64,000 nucleotides of DNA from Thermodesulfovibrionales bacterium (GCA_963715195.1 CAVQRT010000031.1:192001-256000); one strand, 5' to 3'; positions 29,051 through 39,835 are shown, counted from the stretch's first letter. Numbers and translations: made by a program. Notes: a model not told the origin generated them from the sequence alone.

Positions 29051-29788
29051 TTAGGCTACTTTTCGTTCAAGGTTGATCAGAAATGTGAACTTATCCGTCC
29101 GCTTGATTGATCGGGTATACATGACCGCCGTGTCCCCGGAAAAAAAATACTGGTGCAGGAGGATTGCGGGAGATCCCTCGGATAACCCGATTATGGCTGA
29201 CTCCTCAGCAGACAGGAAGGTTATTTCCATGTGATGCTCGACCCTTGTCAACTTGATGCCATATTTCTTCTCGAATACATTGAAGAGACAGCCATGCTCG
29301 AGGTCCTCCTTGAGGAGAAGAGGGCAGAGGTGGTAGGGGATATAGCTCTCCTGAAGGATTCCGGGTTCTCCGTCAATCGACAGGAGTCGCCTGAGGTAAA
29401 TAACCGGGCTGTCTGTCGGCAGATGCAGTTTTCTACTCAGATCACCCGTGGGCACGATGACGCTCCGCGCAAGGATTGCTGTAGCGACTTGCCCTCCTTT
29501 TTCAAAGAGGATGTCGTGCAGGCTCGTAAGCATGGTGGGGCTATCGGATACAATATTCCGGAATATGAATGTGCCCTTCCCCTGCTGTCGTTTCAGGTAG
29601 CCCTGCCGCACGAGTTCCATGAGAGCCGTTCTGACGGTTATCCTGCTTACGTTGAACATCTTGCAGAGATCGTCTTCGGTAGGGATTTTCGACCCTATTG
29701 GCCACTCGCTGTTTTCAATCTTCTTTCGTAAGACTTCATACAGCTGAAAATAGAGTTTCTGGTGGTCGTCTCTGTCAATTAATTCCAT
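29051..29788 (-). CDS. GntR (HutC/UTRA) family regulator (copy 2)
   Basis: KIPTEDDLCKMFNVSRITVRTAL...QGKGTF plus UTRA-like C-terminus. Confidence 0.92.
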   Translation of the reverse strand: MELIDRDDHQKLYFQLYEVLRKKIENSEWPIGSKIPTEDDLCKMFNVSRITVRTALMELVRQGYLKRQQGKGTFIFRNIVSDSPTMLTSLHDILFEKGGQVATAILARSVIVPTGDLSRKLHLPTDSPVIYLRRLLSIDGEPGILQESYIPYHLCPLLLKEDLEHGCLFNVFEKKYGIKLTRVEHHMEITFLSAEESAIIGLSEGSPAILLHQYFFSGDTAVMYTRSIKRTDKFTFLINLERKVA

Positions 29789-29875
29789 AATTCGTGTATT
29801 TGTATGCGAGACTTATAAAAAATCAGCAGGAACTCCCTGTGGTCTTACTACAGGGATGCATTGTTTCCCCATCTG

Positions 29876-29945
29876 TGTCATTGCCCGACTCAGATCGCGC
29901 AATCCAAAGAAAGAAGTGGATCCCCGGGTTACGCCGGAGGATGAC
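29876..29945. repeat. Palindromic repeat family A
   Basis: TGTCATTGCCCGACTCAGATCGCGCAATCCA...TGGATCCCCGGGTTACGCCGGAGGATGAC. Confidence 0.7.
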
Positions 29946-30087
29946 GGTATTAAGGTTAACTTTTACGCCCTGCGTTTTGCGCAGATGTCTAATTAAGATC
30001 ATTATAATGTTATAAAGATAATTTAGAATTACAATATATCAATATGCACGATACTCTAATTTTCCTACCTTGGGGTGGGGCTTTGCA

Positions 30088-30140
30088 ATCAGGTAAGGAC
30101 CGTATTTCTATCGGGTAAAGACTGTATTTTTAGGGGAAAG
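30088..30140. repeat. 22-bp-period degenerate direct repeat, likely response-regulator sites
   Basis: ATCAGGTAAGGACCGTATTTCT / ATCGGGTAAAGACTGTATTTTT / partial third copy. Confidence 0.6.
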
Positions 30141-30184
30141 AAGGCGTCATTTGATGCAGGCACCGCGGCAAAAGGCGTGTCTTC

Positions 30185-30817
30185 CTACTCTTTGTCTACC
30201 AATCCCGTCTTCATTGCATATCTCACAAGATCGGCAGTTGAGTGCAGATCGAGTTTCTGCATAATATTTGTCCTGTGGGTTTCCACAGTCTTCACACTGA
30301 TACACAATTTGTCACCGATCTGCCTGTTTGTGAGACCGGTTGCGATGAGCCTCAATATCTCGCTCTCCCGAGCCGTAAGTATGCGTGATTCGCTATCGAG
30401 GTATAAAGGTTGTTTGAAAATTCTTTGAGAGACAGACGGACTGACAAAAGTTCCACCGGCATAAACAGATCGGATTGCGTAGAGGAGGTCTTCAAAAGCA
30501 TTATCTTTCAGAACATACCCAGATACTTCTAATCCCATTGCTTTTCGTGCAGTCATTGAGTCCTTGTGCATGGTAAGAAAGATCACCTTGGTCCCGATGT
30601 TCAACTCACGGATTTTCCGAAAGATCTCAAAGCCATCGAGCCCCGGCATTGATATGTCGACTATAGCGATATCGGGTCGCTCTCTCATAATAAGATTCAG
30701 CGCTTCGGCTCCGTCACCAGCCTCTCCAATGACAGATAGGTTATTTTCGGCACTGAGCAGCTTGAGAAGCCCTTGTCTGAATATGACGTGATCGTCAGCG
30801 ATGATAACCCTGATCAT
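30185..30817 (-). CDS. NarL/FixJ-family response regulator
   Basis: IADDH..FRQGL, VDISMP, LTARESEIL...ISVKTVETHR. Confidence 0.95.
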   Translation of the reverse strand: MIRVIIADDHVIFRQGLLKLLSAENNLSVIGEAGDGAEALNLIMRERPDIAIVDISMPGLDGFEIFRKIRELNIGTKVIFLTMHKDSMTARKAMGLEVSGYVLKDNAFEDLLYAIRSVYAGGTFVSPSVSQRIFKQPLYLDSESRILTARESEILRLIATGLTNRQIGDKLCISVKTVETHRTNIMQKLDLHSTADLVRYAMKTGLVDKE

Positions 30818-32631
30818 TGAACCGGCACCTCGATATATATATTGGTGCCTATTTTATCAGAGCTTGTTATCCTTATAATGCCATCCAGTAATTCAACTCG
30901 TTCCCTGATTGTGTAAAGTCCTATGCCCTGCTCTCCTTTATTGACTGAATGACTGAATCCCTTTCCATTATCATGAATTTCAAGCACCAGATAAGAACCA
31001 TCCCGGCTCAATAATGCCTCAACCTTTGCGGCACCGGAATGTTTAACTGCATTATTCAATGCTTCCTGGAATATGCGATAGAAATTCTCTTTTATCCTGA
31101 GACTGATATCTCCGATAGAACCGGCAGAAATATCTATTTCAACGCCTGATCGCTCTTTCACCTTCCTCGCATGCCATGTGATCGCTTCGATCAGATCCGT
31201 ATTTTCAAGAAAAGCAGGTCTGATATCCATCGATACTGCCCGCAATTCCTCAATGGAACTGTCTATCTCGGCTATCAACTCCGGGAATGCTTGTTTGTTT
31301 ATGGGCTTTTCTTCCTTTGCCTGTGCCTCAAGCATTTGGAGCTTCAGCTTGGTCGCAAGCAGTGATGTTCCTATTCCGTCGTGAAGCTCTCTTGCCAATC
31401 TTCTTCGCTCTTTTTCATGCGCTTCAAAAATCTTTATTGATGCCGATTGCAACTCCTTTATCCTCGTGTAGCGGGAAGTCAAGGCGTACATGACGCATAT
31501 CATGAAGAACACCGCCGCATAATCCCAGAGGAAGAATCCCGTAACATGGAGCAGGTCGATCCCGCCAAGAGATTCGAGGACAAATCCGAAAATTATACCG
31601 CTGATACCGAGCAGAATAACCCCGGATTCATAGAACGTCCTGATAAATGCTTTTCCGGCTAGAAAGATAAGGTAGACTGCGGCGATGAGGAACAGAATAT
31701 TCCACACCGTATGGAGATACATGCGAACGGTATAGGTGTGGAATACGACAGTCAACAGTGCAATACCGATAAATGACGCAATAATTATTTTCATGAATGC
31801 AGAAGGCTGCTTCTTATAAAAATGCAAAAGCAGGAGAATCATGCTCGCAGGGAAGAGGGCGGAGACAGCATTTATTGTTTGCTGCACAAATCGAGTCTTA
31901 AGACCCGTTTCATAAAAAGTGACACTGCTGAGAAAGAAAAGCGCAGCGTAGAGTGTAATGAAAAACCAGAAATAGAAGTATTCCTTATCCCTCAGGCCTT
32001 TCATATAGAAGAACAGGCACGCAAGAAAGAAGAGCGAAAAGAGGGTGAAGAAACAGAATTCCCCGATAAGGGTCTTCTCATGCCGTTCCGAAACGAGATG
32101 GCGGAGATCTCGGTAATCGCCAACTGCTGCTTCCCTATCAAAGATACCACCGTTTAAATAGGTGTTCATTACTCTTACCGCGATGACGTTATCGGTTTCA
32201 AAGCGTATATATTCAGAGGGTATTTTATACAGCCTTTCTATTTTCGAAGCCTCAACGAACTGCTCCCCGATCACCCCCTCGCCTCCTATCCTGAAACCGT
32301 TGAAAAATAATTCATCGGCATCTCCTATCCGCCCGAGAAAAATTGCGGGTTCGACATTCCGATAATCATCCGGGATCGTGCAGTGGATCCTATACCAACC
32401 GATGCCACTTGAAGGCTTAATGTTCTGACTTTGCCACGTTCCAGGAATTATGATCAATTGCCATTGCGAGTCGTCGTATGTGGGTATGGCATAAACCGGA
32501 CTGTCATCAGGAGAAAATTTATGGGTGCCGTCCAGGATAAGAGGTCCTGGGGAAGTCTGACCAGGCACTGCAATTGCAAAAGCAGACGCGAATGTTACAA
32601 CGACGATAAAGAGAAAAGATCCTGTTTTCAT
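30814..32631 (-). CDS. HisKA_3 sensor kinase with periplasmic galactose-binding-like domain and about 7 TMs
   Basis: Signal peptide, YDDSQW..IPG.W..GWYR..LGRIGDADELFFNG jelly-roll pattern, TM block, ARELHDGIG. Confidence 0.88.
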   Translation of the reverse strand: MKTGSFLFIVVVTFASAFAIAVPGQTSPGPLILDGTHKFSPDDSPVYAIPTYDDSQWQLIIIPGTWQSQNIKPSSGIGWYRIHCTIPDDYRNVEPAIFLGRIGDADELFFNGFRIGGEGVIGEQFVEASKIERLYKIPSEYIRFETDNVIAVRVMNTYLNGGIFDREAAVGDYRDLRHLVSERHEKTLIGEFCFFTLFSLFFLACLFFYMKGLRDKEYFYFWFFITLYAALFFLSSVTFYETGLKTRFVQQTINAVSALFPASMILLLLHFYKKQPSAFMKIIIASFIGIALLTVVFHTYTVRMYLHTVWNILFLIAAVYLIFLAGKAFIRTFYESGVILLGISGIIFGFVLESLGGIDLLHVTGFFLWDYAAVFFMICVMYALTSRYTRIKELQSASIKIFEAHEKERRRLARELHDGIGTSLLATKLKLQMLEAQAKEEKPINKQAFPELIAEIDSSIEELRAVSMDIRPAFLENTDLIEAITWHARKVKERSGVEIDISAGSIGDISLRIKENFYRIFQEALNNAVKHSGAAKVEALLSRDGSYLVLEIHDNGKGFSHSVNKGEQGIGLYTIRERVELLDGIIRITSSDKIGTNIYIEVPVQ

Positions 32632-32741
32632 GGGATACGCAATTCACAATGAGAGATTTTGATTTGCCAGGTGTTCCTCTACTGAAAGATTATAGCGTAT
32701 TCCTTGTTCACTGGGGAAAAACCTGTTTATAAGCTAATTCT

Positions 32742-33689
32742 TTAGGGACTACTTACGAGAGCTATAGTTTGTTGTATGCATCGGTGAAGTACTGTTGAAC
32801 TGACCCCTCCTAATATAAGATCTTTTAGAGCGGTGCGTCCTTTACGACCCATAATAATGAGATTGTAATCTTCTTCCGCTTCCTTAAGAATCTCCTCGGC
32901 TGGTGTTCCTGACATGACCTTTGTTTTGATGAGTTCTTCGGGGACCTGTGCCTGTAAAAGAGTCGTTTTCGCTTCATTAAGTATTTTCTCAGCTTCCGCC
33001 TCAGGATCTATCCCTTCTTTCAGTTTTTTCAAATATAATGCCGGATTAATGACCTGAAGCAGGGTAATTTTCTCTATGAAGCTCTTTAATGAGCTGGCCA
33101 AGCAGGAAAGATGTTCCAATACCTTCAAAGAATAAAGTGAACCATCAATAGGAACGAGTATTTTAGAAATAGGACAAACCTTTTCTCGCATAACTTGGTA
33201 GCCTACTACATAAACAGTCTGTTTGGTTGCTGTATGGACAACCTTATTAGTAACACTACCCAAGAAGAATTCCTGTATTTTTGAAAGTCCTCTTCTTGCC
33301 ATGATTATAGTTGAAAAATGCTCTTTATCTGCTATCTTGACAATTTCATTTCCTGGATCACCATCCACTAATAATCTGCCAACCTCAATTTCAACCCCCG
33401 AATCCCTTAGGATCTTTTCACCTTCAACCAGGATAGGAATAAGATTTTCTTTAATATATGAGTCCCTTATCATTTCGAAGGTTTCTGGTTTCTCAGCAAC
33501 TTCGGCTCTGAGGTCAATTGAAGTCGCTGGACTAAGGTAGCTTCCTCCCGTAACGTTCAGTAAAGTAATATTTGAAAAACTCTTTGCTAACGATGCTCCC
33601 AGATACGCCGTGAACTGAACAGCCCGTTTTGAATGTTCGCTTTCATCTATTGGAAGCAGTATTCTTGGGATAGGACATTTTAGGTTCAT
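32742..33689 (-). CDS. Tandem universal stress protein
   Basis: Two USP domains (ILLPIDES..., ILVPIDGS...; GSVTNKV, GGVSSTV). Confidence 0.93.
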   Translation of the reverse strand: MNLKCPIPRILLPIDESEHSKRAVQFTAYLGASLAKSFSNITLLNVTGGSYLSPATSIDLRAEVAEKPETFEMIRDSYIKENLIPILVEGEKILRDSGVEIEVGRLLVDGDPGNEIVKIADKEHFSTIIMARRGLSKIQEFFLGSVTNKVVHTATKQTVYVVGYQVMREKVCPISKILVPIDGSLYSLKVLEHLSCLASSLKSFIEKITLLQVINPALYLKKLKEGIDPEAEAEKILNEAKTTLLQAQVPEELIKTKVMSGTPAEEILKEAEEDYNLIIMGRKGRTALKDLILGGVSSTVLHRCIQQTIALVSSP

Positions 33690-33727
33690 ATTAATTCAGC
33701 TCCATCATTTTTAATTATAGTATATGT

Positions 33728-35566
33728 TTAGATGAATAAGTAAACCGCAAGATAAAAAAGGATCAAGATAAAAGCTAAGAGAACGCCGAGACCTATCGGC
33801 TTTTGAGGCATGTCTGCGCCATATTCTCTTCCTCTTTCACTAATTTCTTGAAGACGTCTGAATTTGAATTCTATATCAGCAAGGTTATTTCTTGAACGCT
33901 GACTTTTATCAGCATGCAGGAGTGCCTTAGCGAATTTAAGATGGATATACCGTATCGCTAACTCGGGGATGAGAATCGGATCCCCGCTCACTTTTGCAAC
34001 AGAATTTACTAATCTCGATAAGGAATTTTGTACGCTGAGCCTGACACTATTCAGAGGAACATTGCAAAACCGAAGAAATGCAACACCTGCTTTTCTGTAA
34101 AACCAGTCAGCATCAAGATTGATAGCCCTTTTTTCAGAAGGATAGATTCCCGAAAGCAAAAGGAGGCTGAATGCTAATATTGCAAAGAGAAGAACCTGCA
34201 ATTGAGACATAACATGGGCAATGGTATATGGTTGATAATCTACAGGATATGGGAGAAGACTGTATAATGATCCCGGAAATACACCAATGAAAATGCATAA
34301 AAAGGCAGCTATTCCCATAGCAACAAGCATATTCAGAGGGGCTTCTTTTGTTCGTATGCCAGAGTCATGGGAGAAAAATGCAAAAAAGGGAATCTTGATG
34401 CCAGCATGTTCTAGCACTCCTACCGAGGCTATGAGTAATATAAACCAGATGATGGTCAAGTGCTCTCTTCCGACAGCTTCCATAATCATCGTCTTGGTTG
34501 CAAAAGCTGTGAAGAGTGGAAAAGCAGAGATCGATGCATTTCCTACGATACATAATATGCATGTAAGTGGCATGCTCTTATACAAACCACCAAGATCTGT
34601 ACAATTTATTTTTCCTGTCCGGTACAGGATAGCCCCCATAGCCATGAAAAGGAGTGATTTAAAAAGGATATTGGCAAAGGCATGTGCAACGGCACCGTTC
34701 AGCGCCAACTGAGTGCCTATTCCGATGCCCACAACCATGAAACCGACCTGGTTAATAATGCTGTAAGAAAGTATCCTCCTGAGATTATTTTCGATGACAG
34801 CAAAAAAGATTGGAAACGCTGTCATTATAGCGCCGATCCAGATGAGAATTTCGGTTCCCGGAAAACCTCTTGCTAACGCATACACTGCACACTTCGTAGT
34901 AAATACACCCAGAAATATCGTTCCGGTAACAGTTGATTCTGGATAGGCATCTGGAAGCCACGCATGCAGTAAAGGCCATGCACAATTGATGCCGAATCCA
35001 ATGAATATGAGGTAAGAGCCTAATCCATTTAATCCGATAAAACCGAACTCAATAGAGCCTGTATTGTATAACTGTATAAGGATGCCCGCTAAAAGACAGA
35101 TTCCCCCGAAAATATGCACTAAAAGAAATCTGAATCCTGCGGCGATAGCCCGGTTTGTTCTACTTGCCCAGATAAGAAAAGTTGCAGTAACAGCCATGAT
35201 TTCCCAGAAGATAAAGAGGGAGAATAAATCTCCGGCAAAAATGACACCCAGGGATGCCCCTGCATAAAGGAGAGCTGAGACATGTTGCATATTGTCTTTT
35301 ACATGGATGGCGTAAAGGATTGCAATAAATGATATGAGATGGAAAGCATACCCGAAGAGCATGCTGAGTTTGTCCATCCTACCAAAGACAAGCTCATAAT
35401 CAAGAAACCTGATTACAAAATGAGTGCCTTCTGGAATATTAAGCAGGTTTATAAATCCAATGATTGGCAAGAGCAAGAGATATGCGCTCTTGAGCGGTCC
35501 CCTTAATAATGGTATGAGTAGTGCACCAAGGATAAATATTACTGCTGGCGGTACTGCACTAATCAT
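33728..35566 (-). CDS. mrpD: MrpD/NuoL-like antiporter subunit
   Basis: FWEIM, HAWLPDAYP, YSIINQVG, LFKSLLFM; multiple TMs. Confidence 0.88.
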   Translation of the reverse strand: MISAVPPAVIFILGALLIPLLRGPLKSAYLLLLPIIGFINLLNIPEGTHFVIRFLDYELVFGRMDKLSMLFGYAFHLISFIAILYAIHVKDNMQHVSALLYAGASLGVIFAGDLFSLFIFWEIMAVTATFLIWASRTNRAIAAGFRFLLVHIFGGICLLAGILIQLYNTGSIEFGFIGLNGLGSYLIFIGFGINCAWPLLHAWLPDAYPESTVTGTIFLGVFTTKCAVYALARGFPGTEILIWIGAIMTAFPIFFAVIENNLRRILSYSIINQVGFMVVGIGIGTQLALNGAVAHAFANILFKSLLFMAMGAILYRTGKINCTDLGGLYKSMPLTCILCIVGNASISAFPLFTAFATKTMIMEAVGREHLTIIWFILLIASVGVLEHAGIKIPFFAFFSHDSGIRTKEAPLNMLVAMGIAAFLCIFIGVFPGSLYSLLPYPVDYQPYTIAHVMSQLQVLLFAILAFSLLLLSGIYPSEKRAINLDADWFYRKAGVAFLRFCNVPLNSVRLSVQNSLSRLVNSVAKVSGDPILIPELAIRYIHLKFAKALLHADKSQRSRNNLADIEFKFRRLQEISERGREYGADMPQKPIGLGVLLAFILILFYLAVYLFI

Positions 35567-35801
35567 AGTAATCCTCTTTTCTCTGTAAAAGAGGCCTTAG
35601 AATATGTTTTGCCAGTATAACGATGAGAGCGTAAGCAACAAAACCAAAAACCGCATAAAACTCGGGCCACTTTTCCCATGGAAAAATCGGATGCTTAGCG
35701 ATGAAGAAATCAAGAATCAGAAGTACGACGAGAACGACCCAGAAAACACGGAGTATTTTTAATACATTTTCAAATTTATCCAAAAAATATTTTTTCTGCA
35801 A
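35559..35801 (-). CDS. Small 2-TM Mrp-associated protein
   Basis: WEKWPEFYAVFGFVA...LQRKEDYYD; overlaps the mrpD start. Confidence 0.8.
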   Translation of the reverse strand: MQKKYFLDKFENVLKILRVFWVVLVVLLILDFFIAKHPIFPWEKWPEFYAVFGFVAYALIVILAKHILRPLLQRKEDYYD

Positions 35802-35820
35802 CAGAATCCCCTTTACTTGT

Positions 35821-35940
35821 TCAAACAGTATTAATGAGAATCACAGCTAGATAGATAATGAATACAACAAAAACGATGAGAAAGATTTTCTTGTATCCTG
35901 GTACGGCTTCATGATGAAGTTCCTGTAAGTCCTCTTTCAT
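35821..35940 (-). CDS. 39-aa single-TM protein in the mrp operon (not in ORF track)
   Basis: MKEDLQELHHEAVPGYKKIFLIVFVVFIIYLAVILINTV; GGAGG RBS; fills the operon gap. Confidence 0.7.
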   Translation of the reverse strand: MKEDLQELHHEAVPGYKKIFLIVFVVFIIYLAVILINTV

Positions 35941-35967
35941 GAGCAACCCTCCATAATACTTTTTTAA

Positions 35968-37458
35968 CTAACCCCCCACTATGCTTTTGACGGCAATGTT
36001 AACGATCTTGACGAAAGGGAGGAGTGCATTTGGAAAAATCCCCAGTACCAAAGAGATAGCGGCTGTTGCCGTAAGGGGAATTACCATAAACATAGATGCC
36101 TCATTAAAATGTGGATTCGTATTTTCCTGTGGTTGTTTAAAGAAAGCACGATATACTATAGGAAAGAAGAAAGCAGCATCTAAGAAGGCACTGGTAAGGA
36201 AAATGAAAAGAAAGAATATTGCGTTTGCCTCAAGTGTACCAAGGCATAAATACCATTTACTGATGAAGCCGCAAATGGGTGGGATCCCAGATACACCCAT
36301 AGCACCTATGGCAAATGCACCAAAAGTTAATGGCATCTGCCTCCCTAATCCATCGAGTTCACTTACATTCTGTTTATGAGTCTTTACATAGATAGCTCCG
36401 GCAACAAAGAACAACGTAATCTTCATGAAACCGTGATAGGCCAAATGAAGCATCCCACCTTTTATTGCACTGCTCGAAAGAAGAGCTGCTCCCAGTATGA
36501 TAATGGAGAGATTATTTATGGTTGAAAAAGCGAGCCTCCTCTTGATATTATCCTGCGCCAAAGCAAAAAAACAGCTCACAATTATGGTAAACGAGACGAA
36601 ATATGCTAATATTAACCAAAGACCCATATCATGGAGCAAGTCCGGCCCAAATACATAAAGGACGACTCTCAGCACGCAGAATACACCTGCCTTAACAACA
36701 GCCACAGCATGCAGGAGGGCACTTACCGGTGTTGGAGCAACCATAGCGGTTGGAAGCCACTCATGGAAAGGCATCATTCCTGCCTTTACACCGAATCCCA
36801 AAACCAATGCTATAAAGAGAAACTTCAGCATATCTGCTGAGGCGTGACCTGCGATAAAACCGCCTGGTCTAAAATCGAGCGTACCAGTCAGATAATATGT
36901 TGTTGCTATTGCTAAAAGGATTACTACTCCTGCTGTTAATGTGTAGGTTAGGTATTTTCTGCCACCCTTTATGGCCTCTGGTGTTTCTTTATGAGATACC
37001 AGAGGATATGTAGCCATTGTCAATGTCTCATAGAAAATAAAGAGAGTGAGGAGATTGGCAGAAAATGCAATGCCTAAGGTGGCAAAAAGGGCTATGGCAA
37101 AACAGAAAAAATATCTGGTCTGAGCATGTTCATTCATACCCCTCATATAACCAATTGAGTAGAAGGAAGTAGCTATCCAAAGGGTTGATGCGAGAATAGC
37201 GAATAAAAGACCAAAGGCATCTACCCTGAATTGAAATAATAGACCCGGGGCTAAGGATATAACAGTATACTCAATAACATTTCCTTTGAGAATAGTTGGA
37301 ATCATGGAAGCAACGATTATGAATTTAGCCACTGAAGCTAATATTGTCCATGTCTCCCTGAGGTTCTTTGACCGCTCTCCAGTAAGAAGAATAAGAAAGG
37401 CTGCAGTAAGAGAAACCAAAATAGCTAACAATGGCTTTATTGAACTTACAACTTCCAT
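35968..37458 (-). CDS. mrpD: MrpD-like antiporter subunit
   Basis: HEWLPTAMVAPTPVSALLHAVAVVKAG, LAFSTI, FMKITLF. Confidence 0.9.
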   Translation of the reverse strand: MEVVSSIKPLLAILVSLTAAFLILLTGERSKNLRETWTILASVAKFIIVASMIPTILKGNVIEYTVISLAPGLLFQFRVDAFGLLFAILASTLWIATSFYSIGYMRGMNEHAQTRYFFCFAIALFATLGIAFSANLLTLFIFYETLTMATYPLVSHKETPEAIKGGRKYLTYTLTAGVVILLAIATTYYLTGTLDFRPGGFIAGHASADMLKFLFIALVLGFGVKAGMMPFHEWLPTAMVAPTPVSALLHAVAVVKAGVFCVLRVVLYVFGPDLLHDMGLWLILAYFVSFTIIVSCFFALAQDNIKRRLAFSTINNLSIIILGAALLSSSAIKGGMLHLAYHGFMKITLFFVAGAIYVKTHKQNVSELDGLGRQMPLTFGAFAIGAMGVSGIPPICGFISKWYLCLGTLEANAIFFLFIFLTSAFLDAAFFFPIVYRAFFKQPQENTNPHFNEASMFMVIPLTATAAISLVLGIFPNALLPFVKIVNIAVKSIVGG

Positions 37459-37467
37459 CTTCTCCCC

Positions 37468-38970
37468 TTAAAAACTCGCTGGAACTGCAAATTGAATTAT
37501 CGTTGAGATAATCTTTCCACTAAAAATACCCAACGTGAGTATCCCTGCAACCGTTATGAATATTGGTACGAGCATGCTTAATGGTGCCTCATCCATGGGA
37601 ATCTTTTTATGTGTTTTTCCATTATGTTCATGTTCATGAACGGCAATGCGAGGCTCGAAATACACATTCTCAATAATTTTGAAAAATACGAGGGCACTTA
37701 AAAGACTGCTCAATATGAGAGCCACTGCAAATGCCCACTGTTGAGCATCTATTGCACCTAAGATCAAATACCACTTACTGAAAAAGCCACACGTAGGCGG
37801 TATGCCTATAACGGAAAGGGCAGCTATAGTGAATGCAGCCATGGTAAATGGCATCTTTCTGTGGAGATACTTGAATTTTGTGATGTCCCTTGAGCCTGTC
37901 TTATACATGATGGCCCCTCCCACTAAAAACAGACATGCCATCATAAAGGCATCATTCAGAATGTGGAGGATAGCTCCTGTAAGCCCCATTCGATTTGCTA
38001 CGCTGACACCCAATACTATGTAACCCACCTCGGCGATTATGATGTAACAGAAAATCCTTTTCAGATCATATTGAGCAATTGCCATTATGCAACCGAACAT
38101 CATAGCAGCAACAGCCACCCAGCCGAGTATAGTTGTAAGCGGTATAATTTCGATAGAATAATATGGTTTAAACACGGTAAACATGATTCTTATCAGCACA
38201 TAAGCACCTACTTTCGTCATTGTAGATGCAACTAATGCACTCACTGTTGAAGGGGCATAAGTATATGCATCGGGCAGCCATACATGTAATGGAAAAAGTG
38301 CCATCTTTATTGCCACTCCCACTATAAAGAAAGAGAAAGCAACTAAGATAACCTTAGAAAGATATAACTTGGGTAACAGCTGGGTGAGATCAGCCATATT
38401 AAGTGAACCGGTAACTATATATAGGTAGCCAACCCCAAGAAGATAAAAACATGCACCAACTGTTCCTATGACTACGTATTCAAAACTGGCAAGCGGGGAT
38501 CTCTCTTCTCCCAGGGCAATTAAAGCATATCCTGCAAGTGATGCGATTTCCAAGAATACATAGAGATTAAACATATCACCTGTTATCACTATTCCTAACA
38601 GTCCTGTCACCAGCAAAAGAAAGATAGAATAGAAGTAGACAGTCTTTCCCGGCAACTCCTGTTCAATGCTTTTCTTTGAGTAGATAGCTACGAGAAGGCT
38701 GATAAACGATACAATGACCAGTACAAAGGCATTGAGGTGGTCTACGACATATTCTATTCCCCATGGAGGCTCCCAATTACCGAGTCTGTAATGAATGGTA
38801 CCGGTCTTTATGACTGTGCCTAATGTAGTAAATGATGAAAGCGTGCACAAACTGAGGGCTAAAAGTACCCAAGGGTAGCAAAATCCTCTTCTCGTCCAAC
38901 CAATCAGGAGATTTATAAGAGAGGCAATCAGAGGAATGACTATGATAAGAGCTGGAGCCTGTGAGGTCAT
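37468..38970 (-). CDS. mrpD: MrpD antiporter subunit
   Basis: GNWEPPWGIE, GDMFNLYVFLEI, KMALFPLHVWLPDAY. Confidence 0.92.
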   Translation of the reverse strand: MTSQAPALIIVIPLIASLINLLIGWTRRGFCYPWVLLALSLCTLSSFTTLGTVIKTGTIHYRLGNWEPPWGIEYVVDHLNAFVLVIVSFISLLVAIYSKKSIEQELPGKTVYFYSIFLLLVTGLLGIVITGDMFNLYVFLEIASLAGYALIALGEERSPLASFEYVVIGTVGACFYLLGVGYLYIVTGSLNMADLTQLLPKLYLSKVILVAFSFFIVGVAIKMALFPLHVWLPDAYTYAPSTVSALVASTMTKVGAYVLIRIMFTVFKPYYSIEIIPLTTILGWVAVAAMMFGCIMAIAQYDLKRIFCYIIIAEVGYIVLGVSVANRMGLTGAILHILNDAFMMACLFLVGGAIMYKTGSRDITKFKYLHRKMPFTMAAFTIAALSVIGIPPTCGFFSKWYLILGAIDAQQWAFAVALILSSLLSALVFFKIIENVYFEPRIAVHEHEHNGKTHKKIPMDEAPLSMLVPIFITVAGILTLGIFSGKIISTIIQFAVPASF

Positions 38971-39371
38971 TCTCTTAGTCTCGAGCTTTCTAAAGCTTCA
39001 AATATTTCGTCTTCCTCTAAGGTTCCATATTTCCTATAAAGCAGAATTAACAATGCAAGGGCAACTCCAAAAGTACTAACCATAACTACTATGGCTGTAA
39101 GCATGAGAACATGAGGGAGGGGATTGATATAATGAGCAACATTTACTGCATGGTGTGCAATATCTCCGTGTCCATGCTCAATAATAGGGATGGTAGCACC
39201 ACTTTTTGAACCGGTAGAAACAAAAAAAAGTATTATTGCTGTCTGAAATATGTTCATCCCAACGAGTTTTTTCGCCAGATTCTTCTTGGCTATCATGGCG
39301 TAAAATCCTATCATCATTAGGATTATGTATACCCAGTAATTGTATTTACCAATAATGAAATCTAAATCCAC
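38967..39371 (-). CDS. mrpC: MrpC antiporter subunit
   Basis: NPLPHVLMLTAIVV; YGTLEED. Confidence 0.92.
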   Translation of the reverse strand: MDLDFIIGKYNYWVYIILMMIGFYAMIAKKNLAKKLVGMNIFQTAIILFFVSTGSKSGATIPIIEHGHGDIAHHAVNVAHYINPLPHVLMLTAIVVMVSTFGVALALLILLYRKYGTLEEDEIFEALESSRLRE

Positions 39372-39835
39372 TATTCCGGTAACTCCTCTGCCTCTTCATG
39401 TTCACCGCCAGAAGCAATATTAAAGAAGATAGATACCATAACAGCCATTACTGCGATTCCTACACCGATCTCAACACCTAAAATACCCAGAGATCTTGCA
39501 TTCGCGGGATCTACAGGAAGTATTCTATGGAGTATGCCGTAATCGAGGTAATTCGAACCGAGTATTAGGCATAACAGCCCAATTCCTGAATATATGATTA
39601 CACCGAGACTACAAAAAGCAACATTCAACTTTTCACTCATTCGTCTCTTCGTTTCTTTCAGGTCAAAGGCGATAACTAATAAGATGAAGCTTGCAGCAAG
39701 GATACAGCCGCCCTGGAACCCCCCGCCGGGACTGTGATGTCCATGGGCAATGACGTAAAGGGCAAAGAGCTGTATGGGTGGTACGAGGAGCCTGCATATG
39801 GTCTGTATGATTACATCTTCAAAACGACCGATCAT
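39371..39835 (-). CDS. mrpB: MrpB antiporter subunit
   Basis: GHHSPGGGFQGG; ATG 39835 overlaps the previous stop. Confidence 0.92.
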   Translation of the reverse strand: MIGRFEDVIIQTICRLLVPPIQLFALYVIAHGHHSPGGGFQGGCILAASFILLVIAFDLKETKRRMSEKLNVAFCSLGVIIYSGIGLLCLILGSNYLDYGILHRILPVDPANARSLGILGVEIGVGIAVMAVMVSIFFNIASGGEHEEAEELPE

